From: a virus
Lineage: Duplodnaviria; Caudoviricetes
DNA length: 52,727 nucleotides
Strand: one strand, 5' to 3'
IMG/VR virus record: IMGVR_UViG_3300032050_000188
Location: 1 to 52,727 of that record
Under the pieces are notes generated by a model. The model searched no databases and had not been told where the DNA came from. It was given only the letters and a program-made list of their open reading frames with translations. A program made the position numbers and the translations under genes. Positions 26,968 through 35,438 of this stretch are shown here, piece after piece. Within the stretch, counting starts at the first letter, position 1. Each line of letters begins with the position of its first letter.

Positions 26968-29900
26968 TCCCACGCCTTCAAACCGAGTACGAAGTAGAAG
27001 ACGCAGCGGACGAAGACGAACTGCGTCGGATTGTGCGCGGCGCTGCGCCTGCGCCTAGCCCCGCTCCGGCTCCGGCCCCTGCTGCCTCCACCACAGACTG
27101 GATGTCAAACACCCCCACGGGTTGGGGCGGGTTTACTGGCGAGGAAAAGATACAGTATTTCAACCAACATGGGATAACGCCTGAGCAACTAGCGCCTTAC
27201 GCCACCCCTGAAGAGATCCAGTATTTCTATGACCACATGGGGTACACGGTAGGGAAGCCTACTACTGCCCCTGCTCCAACTGTTGCTCCTGCTCCTCCTT
27301 TAACGCCATTTGACGTTTTTAAGCAGGATCTGTTTACAACAGAAATGTTGCCAACTGGAGCATCTCCGGAAACTGGAGCAGATCAGTTTCAGGCTGGCGC
27401 AAGAAGTTACCAACTAGGAAATCAAACCGTTGTCCCTGACGATCAAGGTGGCTACGTTGTTAACACGCCGACTGCGCAGGATGGCATTTACAAAGCCGAA
27501 CGCTTTGATGCTTCTGGAAAGAAAATTGGCGAGTTCATCAATGACGCTCGCAATACGGACCTGCAAGATTTAGCTCAGTTAGCCACATTTGCCCTTGGCG
27601 TTGGCCCATTAGGTGGGATGCTCGGCAGCACTGTTGCTGGAGCACTAGGTATACCTGTAGCCACTGCAACATCAGCAGGGCTGACTGCCGCCCAACTAGC
27701 GGCGCTTGGAACTACAGTTGGCAGCGCAGGACTTGGTATCCTGCAGGGCCAAGACCCACTGGATGTCCTTCAAAACGCAATCAGGGCAGGTGCTACAGCG
27801 TTCCTGCCCAGCCAAGTCTCGTCTTTCATCCCATCGACAGGCACAGCAGCGCTTGATGCTGCGCTTAAGACTGCCACTGAAGCAGGTGTACGTACTGCTG
27901 TAAACGGCGGGGATGTTGAGAGCGCAGTTATTGGTTCGTTGGTTAACAGCGGTGTCGGAGCTGCTACGGGGGCGACAGGACTCCCACCAGAACTTGTTAA
28001 CGCGGCAATTAATGTTGCCAAGTCTGGCGGCGATCCGCAGAAAATATTTAACGCGGTAGTTAGCGCTGGCCCTGCAATTCAAGGTCTTCAGAACTACTAC
28101 AGCAAGACAGACACAGGTGACGAAACTGCCCGCCTTACGGCCCGGTATGGTACTGCATTTGATAATTTTAATTCATATCTAAAACAAGTAGCTGCAAACG
28201 CAGAGCCGTTTGAACCAACGCAATTTGCATCCCCAGAACAAGCAAGTATCTTTGACAATTTTGTAGAACAGTTTGCAAATGGGGCCGGAAGAGCGCCTGA
28301 CGCTGACGAAACTACGTTGTTATTGGCACTAGCCAACCCTGATTTAGCCAACAAGTTAAATACAACAGTTACAGATACTGGCACATCTGCATTACATGAA
28401 CTATTAAATAAAAAACCGCAAGCAGCATCATTGCTACAAACAATACTAGAAAGAACCCCAGGACAGGGTGATTTATTAGAGTTGTTAAAAAAACCAGTTC
28501 AATCTGGTGTGGCACAAACACCAGCATTGCCGCAGGCGGCAATGACAGCAAGAGATTTATTTAGGGGTGCCGGAAGTGAATACACCAATGTTTACCCTGG
28601 TGCTTTATTAACTTCAGGTACTGGTGGTCAAGGATGGTTTGCGGGTCCAGGAGCAGCTACGTTTGCGTCAGAAATGATGGGTCTAATGTCAGATCCAACC
28701 CTGACAGCAGAAGAGCGCGCATTTTTTACTGACCAGCTACGCCAAGCAGCGATGAAACCGGAGCTTGTCAATCAAGTACCGGGGTTGGCAACGTATAACC
28801 CATACATTTCGGATACGTCTAGGACACGAGAAGGTACATCTGCTACAAGCGCAGGCGGGGGGAAAGATGGCGGAGGTAAAGATAATACTGGTAGCGACGG
28901 GGGTGTAACCACACTGCCACCTTTTGTTACCGCTGGCACAAGAATTGCAAACCCTGCTGCCATTGATGCATTAATTGACGTTATTGGGGGAAGCTCTGTA
29001 GATCCTATTACCGGGTCTGTAATCCCAGATGGCGGGAATCAATTAGATACAGCCACAATAGTTGGGCAAGATGAAGATGGAAACCCTATAACCACAGGTG
29101 ATATTTTGGGGGGTTCCGCGTCTATACCTACGTCAAGCATTAGGACTGCCGAAAATGTAACAACCCCCGATTTTGATTTGGACACAAGCCAAATAATTAA
29201 CGACTACGTAAACGACATTTTGGGTGGGCAAGCTGTTTCAGATATTCCTTCAGTTACTCCCTCAGGTACGCCAGCGTTAGATGCTTACGAAGTGTTGTGG
29301 ACTAATCCAGTCACCGGGGAAAATGTAACAAAAGAAGACCTTGGAGTAACTGCTACGGTAAGCCCCTCAGTCACGCCATCGGTTGCCCCTGCCGCTGCAC
29401 CCGCCACGGGGACAATTTTGTCAACGGACCCCACGCAGGGCACGGCGCTGGTGGTTGATCCCAGCGGGAACACCAAAGTTGTTGATGTCTCACCCGACTC
29501 CAAGCCCGGAGATACCGTAAATATTGGCGCTGCACCAACGCCTGCACCAACGCCTGCGGCTCCTGCTCCTGCTCCCGCGTTGAATCTTTCCACGCCGATT
29601 GCCACTGATCCCGCAACTGGCGAAGTGCTTACGCTTGGCGATGTACTGCCTTCTCCGCCCCCTGCTCCAAGCCCCGCACCAAGCCCCGCACCAAGCCCTG
29701 CTCCTGCTACAACAACGGCATTGGTAACTGCGCCAGCACCTGCTCCGGCACCTAGCCCCGCTCCAAGTCCTGCTCCAAGCCCTGCTCCGGCACCCGCAGT
29801 TGACCTTACAACTCCTGTCGCAGTAGATCCAATAACAGGCGAGACGCTGACACTTGCGGATGTAACGCCTTCGACGCCAGCTCCGGCACCCGCAGAAGTA

Positions 29901-30962
29901 AAGACTGAAGTTGCTGCGCCAAGTCCTGCTCCTGCCGAAGCTCCCGCTCCTAGTCCAGCACCAGCGCCCTCAGAAGCACCTGCGCCCGCTCCAGCCCCCG
30001 CTAAAGTTACCGCTCCTGCTGAGGCACCGGCTCCAAGTCCTGCTTCAACGGAAGCGCCTGCACCAGCGCCGAGTACAACTGAGACCAAGACGGAAGCCCC
30101 GGCACCTGCCGCGCCATCTCCCGCGCCTGCCCCAACGACGACTGAAACCAAAACAGAAGCACCCGCTCCAGCCCCCACAACCACGGAAACCAAAACGGAA
30201 GCGCCGGCTCCCGCCCCGGCAACTACGGAAACTAGGACTGAGGCACCTGCGCCTGCTCCGAGCACAACGGAAACAAAGACCGAGGCACCTGCTCCGGCAC
30301 CTACGACCACTGAAATTAAGACTGAGGCACCCGCTCCTGCTCCGACGACAACTGAGACTAAAACAGAGGCTCCTGCACCTGCCCCAAGCACAACGGAAAC
30401 TAAGACCGAAGCACCTGCTCCGGCACCTAGTCCTGCACCGGCTCCTGCAGAAGTAACTACCGCAGCGCCGGCTCCTGCACCAGCACCCGCGCCAACAACT
30501 CAAGCTCCTACACCTGCGCCTCCTCCGGCTCAACCGCCTGCACAACCTCCAGCGCAGCCACCGTCTCAGCCCCCCGCACAACCTCCCGCGACCACACCCC
30601 CTGGAGAGGACGTTCTGCCGCCTGTGACAGAGGAAGAGTTGCGCGAGATTGTTTCCGGGCCTCCACCGGCACCGCCTGCGCCAACACCTGCGCCCCCAGC
30701 ACCAACGCCTGCGCCTCCCGCACCTACGCCGGCACCTCCTGCGCCGACAGTTAAACCTCCAGCGGTTAAACCAACTAGCCCTGCGCCGTCTCCTGCGGCA
30801 CAATTGGCTATGCCTAAGATGACGCCAGAGTTGGCTAACTTCATTCAAGAACTGATGCAGACGGACGAAGCAGATCTGCTCCAGTTGACCACCGCGCTCA
30901 AAGCAGAGCGTGAAGAAAAACGTGAAGGCTTGCGTGGCAAGCTGAAATCTAGAAAGGCTTGA
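26964..30962 (+). CDS. Large Pro/Ala/Thr-rich putative internal virion protein
   Basis: 1332 aa; hydrophobic Gly/Ala helices; long PAPAP and TTETKTEAPAPA repeats. Confidence 0.55.
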   Translation: MIPRLQTEYEVEDAADEDELRRIVRGAAPAPSPAPAPAPAASTTDWMSNTPTGWGGFTGEEKIQYFNQHGITPEQLAPYATPEEIQYFYDHMGYTVGKPTTAPAPTVAPAPPLTPFDVFKQDLFTTEMLPTGASPETGADQFQAGARSYQLGNQTVVPDDQGGYVVNTPTAQDGIYKAERFDASGKKIGEFINDARNTDLQDLAQLATFALGVGPLGGMLGSTVAGALGIPVATATSAGLTAAQLAALGTTVGSAGLGILQGQDPLDVLQNAIRAGATAFLPSQVSSFIPSTGTAALDAALKTATEAGVRTAVNGGDVESAVIGSLVNSGVGAATGATGLPPELVNAAINVAKSGGDPQKIFNAVVSAGPAIQGLQNYYSKTDTGDETARLTARYGTAFDNFNSYLKQVAANAEPFEPTQFASPEQASIFDNFVEQFANGAGRAPDADETTLLLALANPDLANKLNTTVTDTGTSALHELLNKKPQAASLLQTILERTPGQGDLLELLKKPVQSGVAQTPALPQAAMTARDLFRGAGSEYTNVYPGALLTSGTGGQGWFAGPGAATFASEMMGLMSDPTLTAEERAFFTDQLRQAAMKPELVNQVPGLATYNPYISDTSRTREGTSATSAGGGKDGGGKDNTGSDGGVTTLPPFVTAGTRIANPAAIDALIDVIGGSSVDPITGSVIPDGGNQLDTATIVGQDEDGNPITTGDILGGSASIPTSSIRTAENVTTPDFDLDTSQIINDYVNDILGGQAVSDIPSVTPSGTPALDAYEVLWTNPVTGENVTKEDLGVTATVSPSVTPSVAPAAAPATGTILSTDPTQGTALVVDPSGNTKVVDVSPDSKPGDTVNIGAAPTPAPTPAAPAPAPALNLSTPIATDPATGEVLTLGDVLPSPPPAPSPAPSPAPSPAPATTTALVTAPAPAPAPSPAPSPAPSPAPAPAVDLTTPVAVDPITGETLTLADVTPSTPAPAPAEVKTEVAAPSPAPAEAPAPSPAPAPSEAPAPAPAPAKVTAPAEAPAPSPASTEAPAPAPSTTETKTEAPAPAAPSPAPAPTTTETKTEAPAPAPTTTETKTEAPAPAPATTETRTEAPAPAPSTTETKTEAPAPAPTTTEIKTEAPAPAPTTTETKTEAPAPAPSTTETKTEAPAPAPSPAPAPAEVTTAAPAPAPAPAPTTQAPTPAPPPAQPPAQPPAQPPSQPPAQPPATTPPGEDVLPPVTEEELREIVSGPPPAPPAPTPAPPAPTPAPPAPTPAPPAPTVKPPAVKPTSPAPSPAAQLAMPKMTPELANFIQELMQTDEADLLQLTTALKAEREEKREGLRGKLKSRKA
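29655..30795 (+). repeat. Coding tandem repeats (APSP, APAPxTTETKTE, PPAQ, PPAPT units)
   Basis: About eight 12-aa APAPxTTETKTE units at ~30055-30420, flanked by shorter Pro-rich repeats. Confidence 0.9.
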
Positions 30963-33865
30963 TCATGTCTGACGAGTTGGACCGCCTGGGTGAAGTTACT
31001 GGCCCCGCAACAATGACAGGGACCGAATATCAAGATTATTTGTCGGCGGCCCCAAACCTTTCTGGCCTCACCAGCCTGCTAACTCCGTTCAAAGGCATCT
31101 TTGACCGCTTGAAGTCTGGCAACACCACGGCCAATGATGTAAACGCGGCGCTAGGTGTACTTGGTTTGATCATGCCCAGTCTGAACAGACCTCAGACCGC
31201 CGGGTGGAAAGGCTCCATCGACATGAACAAGCAGTTCACCCGAACGCCGATTGCTCAGCCGGAGTACAAACCGTACGCTCAGAGTGCTTCGCCTGTGATG
31301 GGGCGACAGTTCTTTACTTCCTCGTATAGCGCTGCCCCCGCTGCGCCTCCTGCTGCCGGTGGTGCGTTGCCTCCACCCGCTACGCCTCCTGCTACAAATC
31401 CTGATCTGGACAGTCCATCTTCTACTGGCGGTAAGGCCAAAGGTGGTATTGCATCGCTGCGTAAATTTGAAGGTGGCGGCGATGTTGGCCAACCAAAGGC
31501 AGGCCCTCAGTTCTATGACTACCACGTTGGCGCAAACGCCAGAATGGTGGATGTGCCCGGTATTGAAAAGCCGGTGCTGATGTTCTTTGACATTCCTAAC
31601 AACCGAGTTGTTGTCAGCGACGAAGGGTACTGGAACCCCAACGCTCCAATTGGGGAAGACCTAAACAAAGCCGTTGCTTGGGCGCGTGATCAAGGACTCC
31701 AGGCGGGCGTGGTTGTGTCGCCATATTCTTGGGATGCGTTTGGTAAAGACGCAATTGGCGAAGACCTTGAGTCCGGCTCCGCGCATCCTCGCTCCATGCC
31801 CGGTGCATCCTTTGACCAGTTGAAGGATTACATGAACGCTGCGGATTTTGTTGTGACTGATCCATATGTTGTCAGCGCACAAACCGCTACGCCGGGAGTT
31901 CAAGAGAAACTGATCCAGATCACCGGTATGATCGGTGATCATGCGCAGGAAACTAATAAGCCCGCATGGCTGGTGCTTGGTGGATCAACCGCTCCTGAGG
32001 GCACCGATCCAAACCTGATTTACAACTACACAGACAATTTGCTTGCCAATACGGCGAACAAGTTTAATCAAGTGTCTGTGTTTGAAGGGACGCGAGATCT
32101 ACAGCCGGGAGCATATTTGCCAACGTGGGATTATTTGCAAGCGTCAAATGTTCTTGCAAAACACGGCATTCAACCAACAGGCACTTACGGACAGGCGTAT
32201 GAAAACCAAACCTCAGTTCCTGCTACGCCCTATGTTGGGTATGACGTAGGCAGCATAAAAGTTGGATCAGTGCAGGACTTTTTGCAAGGTGCAGGAACAT
32301 CATCACAAGCGCATTTCCAGCCTGGAGTGCATCTTGGTAACACGCCTGTTAATCAACCCGCCGCTCTCACTGGTCTTGCAGGGTCGCTTCCTTCCGGGTG
32401 GTCGGGCTACGATGCCGGCCAAAAGATTGATTGGTACAACCAAAACCAAGTGACGCCTGATCAGTTGCTCGGTGCTGGAGTGCAGCAAGATGAGCTTGAT
32501 TGGATGGGCACACAAGGCTATCTTGGCGGCCAGCAGCAACCTTCGCAACCAATAGCGCAACCTGCGCAACCTATGGCTCAGCCTATGGCTCAGCAAACTG
32601 CTGCGCAACCGGCATCTCAACCACAGACCCCTCAAACTCCGCAGCGATTCCCCATGCCTAATTTTCAACTTGGACAAGGGGAAGAAGTTGAAGCCGCCCA
32701 AGGTGGCCTGATGGGTCTTGCCCGAGGTGGCAAGTTGCCACCTAGGTATCTCCGAGGCCAAACTGATGGCATGGCAGACAAGATCCCGAGTAACATCGAC
32801 GGTGTGCAGCCTGCCAAATTGAGCCACGGTGAGTTCGTGATTCCCGCTGATGTGGTCTCACATCTGGGTAATGGCAACTCTGATGCTGGCGCAAAGGTTC
32901 TCTACGGCATGATGGATCGTGTGCGTAAAGCTCGGACAGGGACCAAGAAGCAAGGCCGTCAGATCAACCCGGAAAAATTTACACCGGGCGGCATCGCTGG
33001 TTACGCTGGTGGTGGCGCGGTTGCTTTCAATGCTGGTGGTGCTGCCCCCGCACCGCCTACGGCCCCGCTTGGAACTTCCACTGAGACCAACATCTCTTCA
33101 TGGGCAGGCCCGTATGTGGGTGACATGCTCAGTAAGACATCTGCTCTTACTAACACACCGTATCAAGCCTACCAAGGACCGATGGTCGCCGGGACGGCTC
33201 CTCTGCAAAGCAAGGTGTTCAGCGGCCTAGAAGGTTTGAACTTCCCCGGCCAACTGGGGCAGTCGTTCTCAGCACAAGGTGCTTATCAACTTCCAAGCAT
33301 GACTCCGGGTGGTATGACCGGGCAAGCAACTGGTCCGACCGGGGTTGCCTCTCAGTACATGAATCCGTACCTGAGTGCAGTGCTGACCCCTCAACTGGAT
33401 GAACTGCGTCGGCAAAGCCAGATCACGCAGATGGGGACGGCTGGAAAACTGGCTCAGGCTGGTGCGTTTGGCGGATCCCGTCAAGCCATCATGGATGCTG
33501 AGACGCAACGTAATCTTCTGCAGGAGCAGAACAAAGCTATCGGTACTGGGTATGCAAACGCCTATGACCGGGCGATGGGGCAGTTCAATGTGGAGCAAGG
33601 CCAAGCCAAGACCCTTGCTGACATGATGGCCGGAGCGGGTCAGCAGCAGCGTGGCATTGAGCAAGAAGGTATCACTGCTCTTCAAAGGCAGTACGAGACG
33701 GAGTTGCTTGATCCATACACCAAGCTGCGGTTCCAGAAGGAAATGCTTCAGGGTCTGCCTGTTGCAACGGCTGCGACGACGGCGAATACGAGTCAGTTGG
33801 GTGAAGTTAGGGGTGGTTTGTCAGACTTGGTAAAGAGTCTTGAGGCACTGGGCCTGAAGGGTTGA
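30959..33865 (+). CDS. Internal / ejection protein with several xxxGG motifs and an inserted globular domain
   Basis: G.TDGMADKIP, A.LSHGEFVIPADVVSHLGNG, YMNPY, GAFGGSR motifs; start may be ATG 30965. Confidence 0.65.
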   Translation: MIMSDELDRLGEVTGPATMTGTEYQDYLSAAPNLSGLTSLLTPFKGIFDRLKSGNTTANDVNAALGVLGLIMPSLNRPQTAGWKGSIDMNKQFTRTPIAQPEYKPYAQSASPVMGRQFFTSSYSAAPAAPPAAGGALPPPATPPATNPDLDSPSSTGGKAKGGIASLRKFEGGGDVGQPKAGPQFYDYHVGANARMVDVPGIEKPVLMFFDIPNNRVVVSDEGYWNPNAPIGEDLNKAVAWARDQGLQAGVVVSPYSWDAFGKDAIGEDLESGSAHPRSMPGASFDQLKDYMNAADFVVTDPYVVSAQTATPGVQEKLIQITGMIGDHAQETNKPAWLVLGGSTAPEGTDPNLIYNYTDNLLANTANKFNQVSVFEGTRDLQPGAYLPTWDYLQASNVLAKHGIQPTGTYGQAYENQTSVPATPYVGYDVGSIKVGSVQDFLQGAGTSSQAHFQPGVHLGNTPVNQPAALTGLAGSLPSGWSGYDAGQKIDWYNQNQVTPDQLLGAGVQQDELDWMGTQGYLGGQQQPSQPIAQPAQPMAQPMAQQTAAQPASQPQTPQTPQRFPMPNFQLGQGEEVEAAQGGLMGLARGGKLPPRYLRGQTDGMADKIPSNIDGVQPAKLSHGEFVIPADVVSHLGNGNSDAGAKVLYGMMDRVRKARTGTKKQGRQINPEKFTPGGIAGYAGGGAVAFNAGGAAPAPPTAPLGTSTETNISSWAGPYVGDMLSKTSALTNTPYQAYQGPMVAGTAPLQSKVFSGLEGLNFPGQLGQSFSAQGAYQLPSMTPGGMTGQATGPTGVASQYMNPYLSAVLTPQLDELRRQSQITQMGTAGKLAQAGAFGGSRQAIMDAETQRNLLQEQNKAIGTGYANAYDRAMGQFNVEQGQAKTLADMMAGAGQQQRGIEQEGITALQRQYETELLDPYTKLRFQKEMLQGLPVATAATTANTSQLGEVRGGLSDLVKSLEALGLKG

Positions 33866-33868
33866 AAT

Positions 33869-35437
33869 ATGTACGCACAACAATCTAGAACCGGGGTACC
33901 AGAACTTGATGCTGTTCTTGCAACAGCACAGATGGTCACACCCGAACAGACGCCCACTGTTGCTGCACAAGTAGCTCAGGCCGCGCAACAGAAATTATCC
34001 CCTCCAACAACACCCCCCGGCATCGGTGCTCTGATGCCCGGTGTTAGGCAGCAAGCCGTAAACGCGGCGCAGGCTGCGCAGCCCGTAACACAGGCTCAAA
34101 TGCAACAAGCACTGCAACAAAGCCAAATGGCGCAGCAAAGCCAAGGCGTGGCTGGGTTGCCTGCTGACAACATGCGCACGTTCACTGCGGCGCAGGGTGG
34201 TGTTGTTGGTTATGCGGGGAAAGAAGGGTCATATGTTGATCCGCAGTTCCCTTCTGTGTACGAAAATTACGTTGAGCCGACACGCGAAGCAAGGACAGGC
34301 CGAGAAGAAGATGAGTTGTTTGGGCCGATGAAGTCTGAAAGACAACGGGTAATTGAAGCCGTGGCTGAAGAACTTTTGGGGCCAATGACAAAGGAGAGAC
34401 TGGCTGCTGCTCCTCAGAGGCAAACGCAGCAAAGAAGCGAAGCGACTCCTGCGCCCCGTCCGCCAGCACCTCGCCCACCGGCACCTCGTCCTCCCGCTCC
34501 ACCAGCGGCACCGTCAGCGCCTCAAGGAGGCATTGCACAGCTTGCTGCACGCCCAACATATGACACGGCGGGTATCGCCGTTGCTGGTGCGCCTTACATG
34601 ACAGCAGGAGAAGGTGATGTCAACCGACTTCGTGAAGCAGAAGGTAAACGTGCTGAGTTTGAAAAGACACTGCCTGACCTGAGTGCCAAAGGGATCGAAG
34701 CGCTACGTCAACGTATGGCAGATGTTGAATCGGCGGAAGCGTCAAGAAAAGAAAGTCTTGGGTTAGACCGTGTAATCCAACAACTTTTGGGCGGGATGCA
34801 AGGTGCTGGCGGCGCGGCGCGTGCAGACATTCAGTTTATGAATGCTCAAAAAGCCGCAGCGGATGCCTTTAGTCAAGCAAGACTTGAAAATCAACGGGCA
34901 CAACTACTGCTTGAAAAGGCCCAACAAGAGCGGCAACTTGGTAGGCTCGACCGTGCGATTGCTCTTGAGAAGGAAGCCTCCGCTCTCATGGAGAAGGCCC
35001 GTGACAACGCACTCAAGGCGCAGGAAATTCGACAAAGAAGCGCAGGGGCTCAGTATGAAGGTGCGGTGAAATTGCGCGGCCAAGACATCACGGCACAGAC
35101 CGCTGCGGAAGACCGTGCGAATGCTTTGAAGATTGCAAATATCCGTAATACAGCAGGGGAAGCGAAAGGTGCTCTCACTCCTCGGGATATCGCTCGACTC
35201 CGTGCACAAGCTGAAAAAGATGTGGACGCACAACTGGGGAAAGATCCCAGGTACGTATCGATGAAAGTGCGTGACCCCGCCAACGCGGAAACGTACAGGA
35301 CTAGAATGATCGACGAGCGGTTGAAGCGGGTGCTGGCTGAAGAAGGGTATGGTGCCGCTGCTTCCGCACCCCCACCTGCTGCAGGGGTTTCTCCCGAACT
35401 TCTTAGCCAGTTCAAAGTTCGTCCTGTAGGACAGTAA
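33869..35437 (+). CDS. Internal / ejection protein (helical)
   Basis: 522 aa, Gln/Ala-rich coiled coil, AAQGGVVGYA motif. Confidence 0.6.
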   Translation: MYAQQSRTGVPELDAVLATAQMVTPEQTPTVAAQVAQAAQQKLSPPTTPPGIGALMPGVRQQAVNAAQAAQPVTQAQMQQALQQSQMAQQSQGVAGLPADNMRTFTAAQGGVVGYAGKEGSYVDPQFPSVYENYVEPTREARTGREEDELFGPMKSERQRVIEAVAEELLGPMTKERLAAAPQRQTQQRSEATPAPRPPAPRPPAPRPPAPPAAPSAPQGGIAQLAARPTYDTAGIAVAGAPYMTAGEGDVNRLREAEGKRAEFEKTLPDLSAKGIEALRQRMADVESAEASRKESLGLDRVIQQLLGGMQGAGGAARADIQFMNAQKAAADAFSQARLENQRAQLLLEKAQQERQLGRLDRAIALEKEASALMEKARDNALKAQEIRQRSAGAQYEGAVKLRGQDITAQTAAEDRANALKIANIRNTAGEAKGALTPRDIARLRAQAEKDVDAQLGKDPRYVSMKVRDPANAETYRTRMIDERLKRVLAEEGYGAAASAPPPAAGVSPELLSQFKVRPVGQ

Positions 35438-35438
35438 T

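Noticed and set aside
29655-30795. CRISPR-like array
   Set aside because: In-frame degenerate coding repeats without unique spacers
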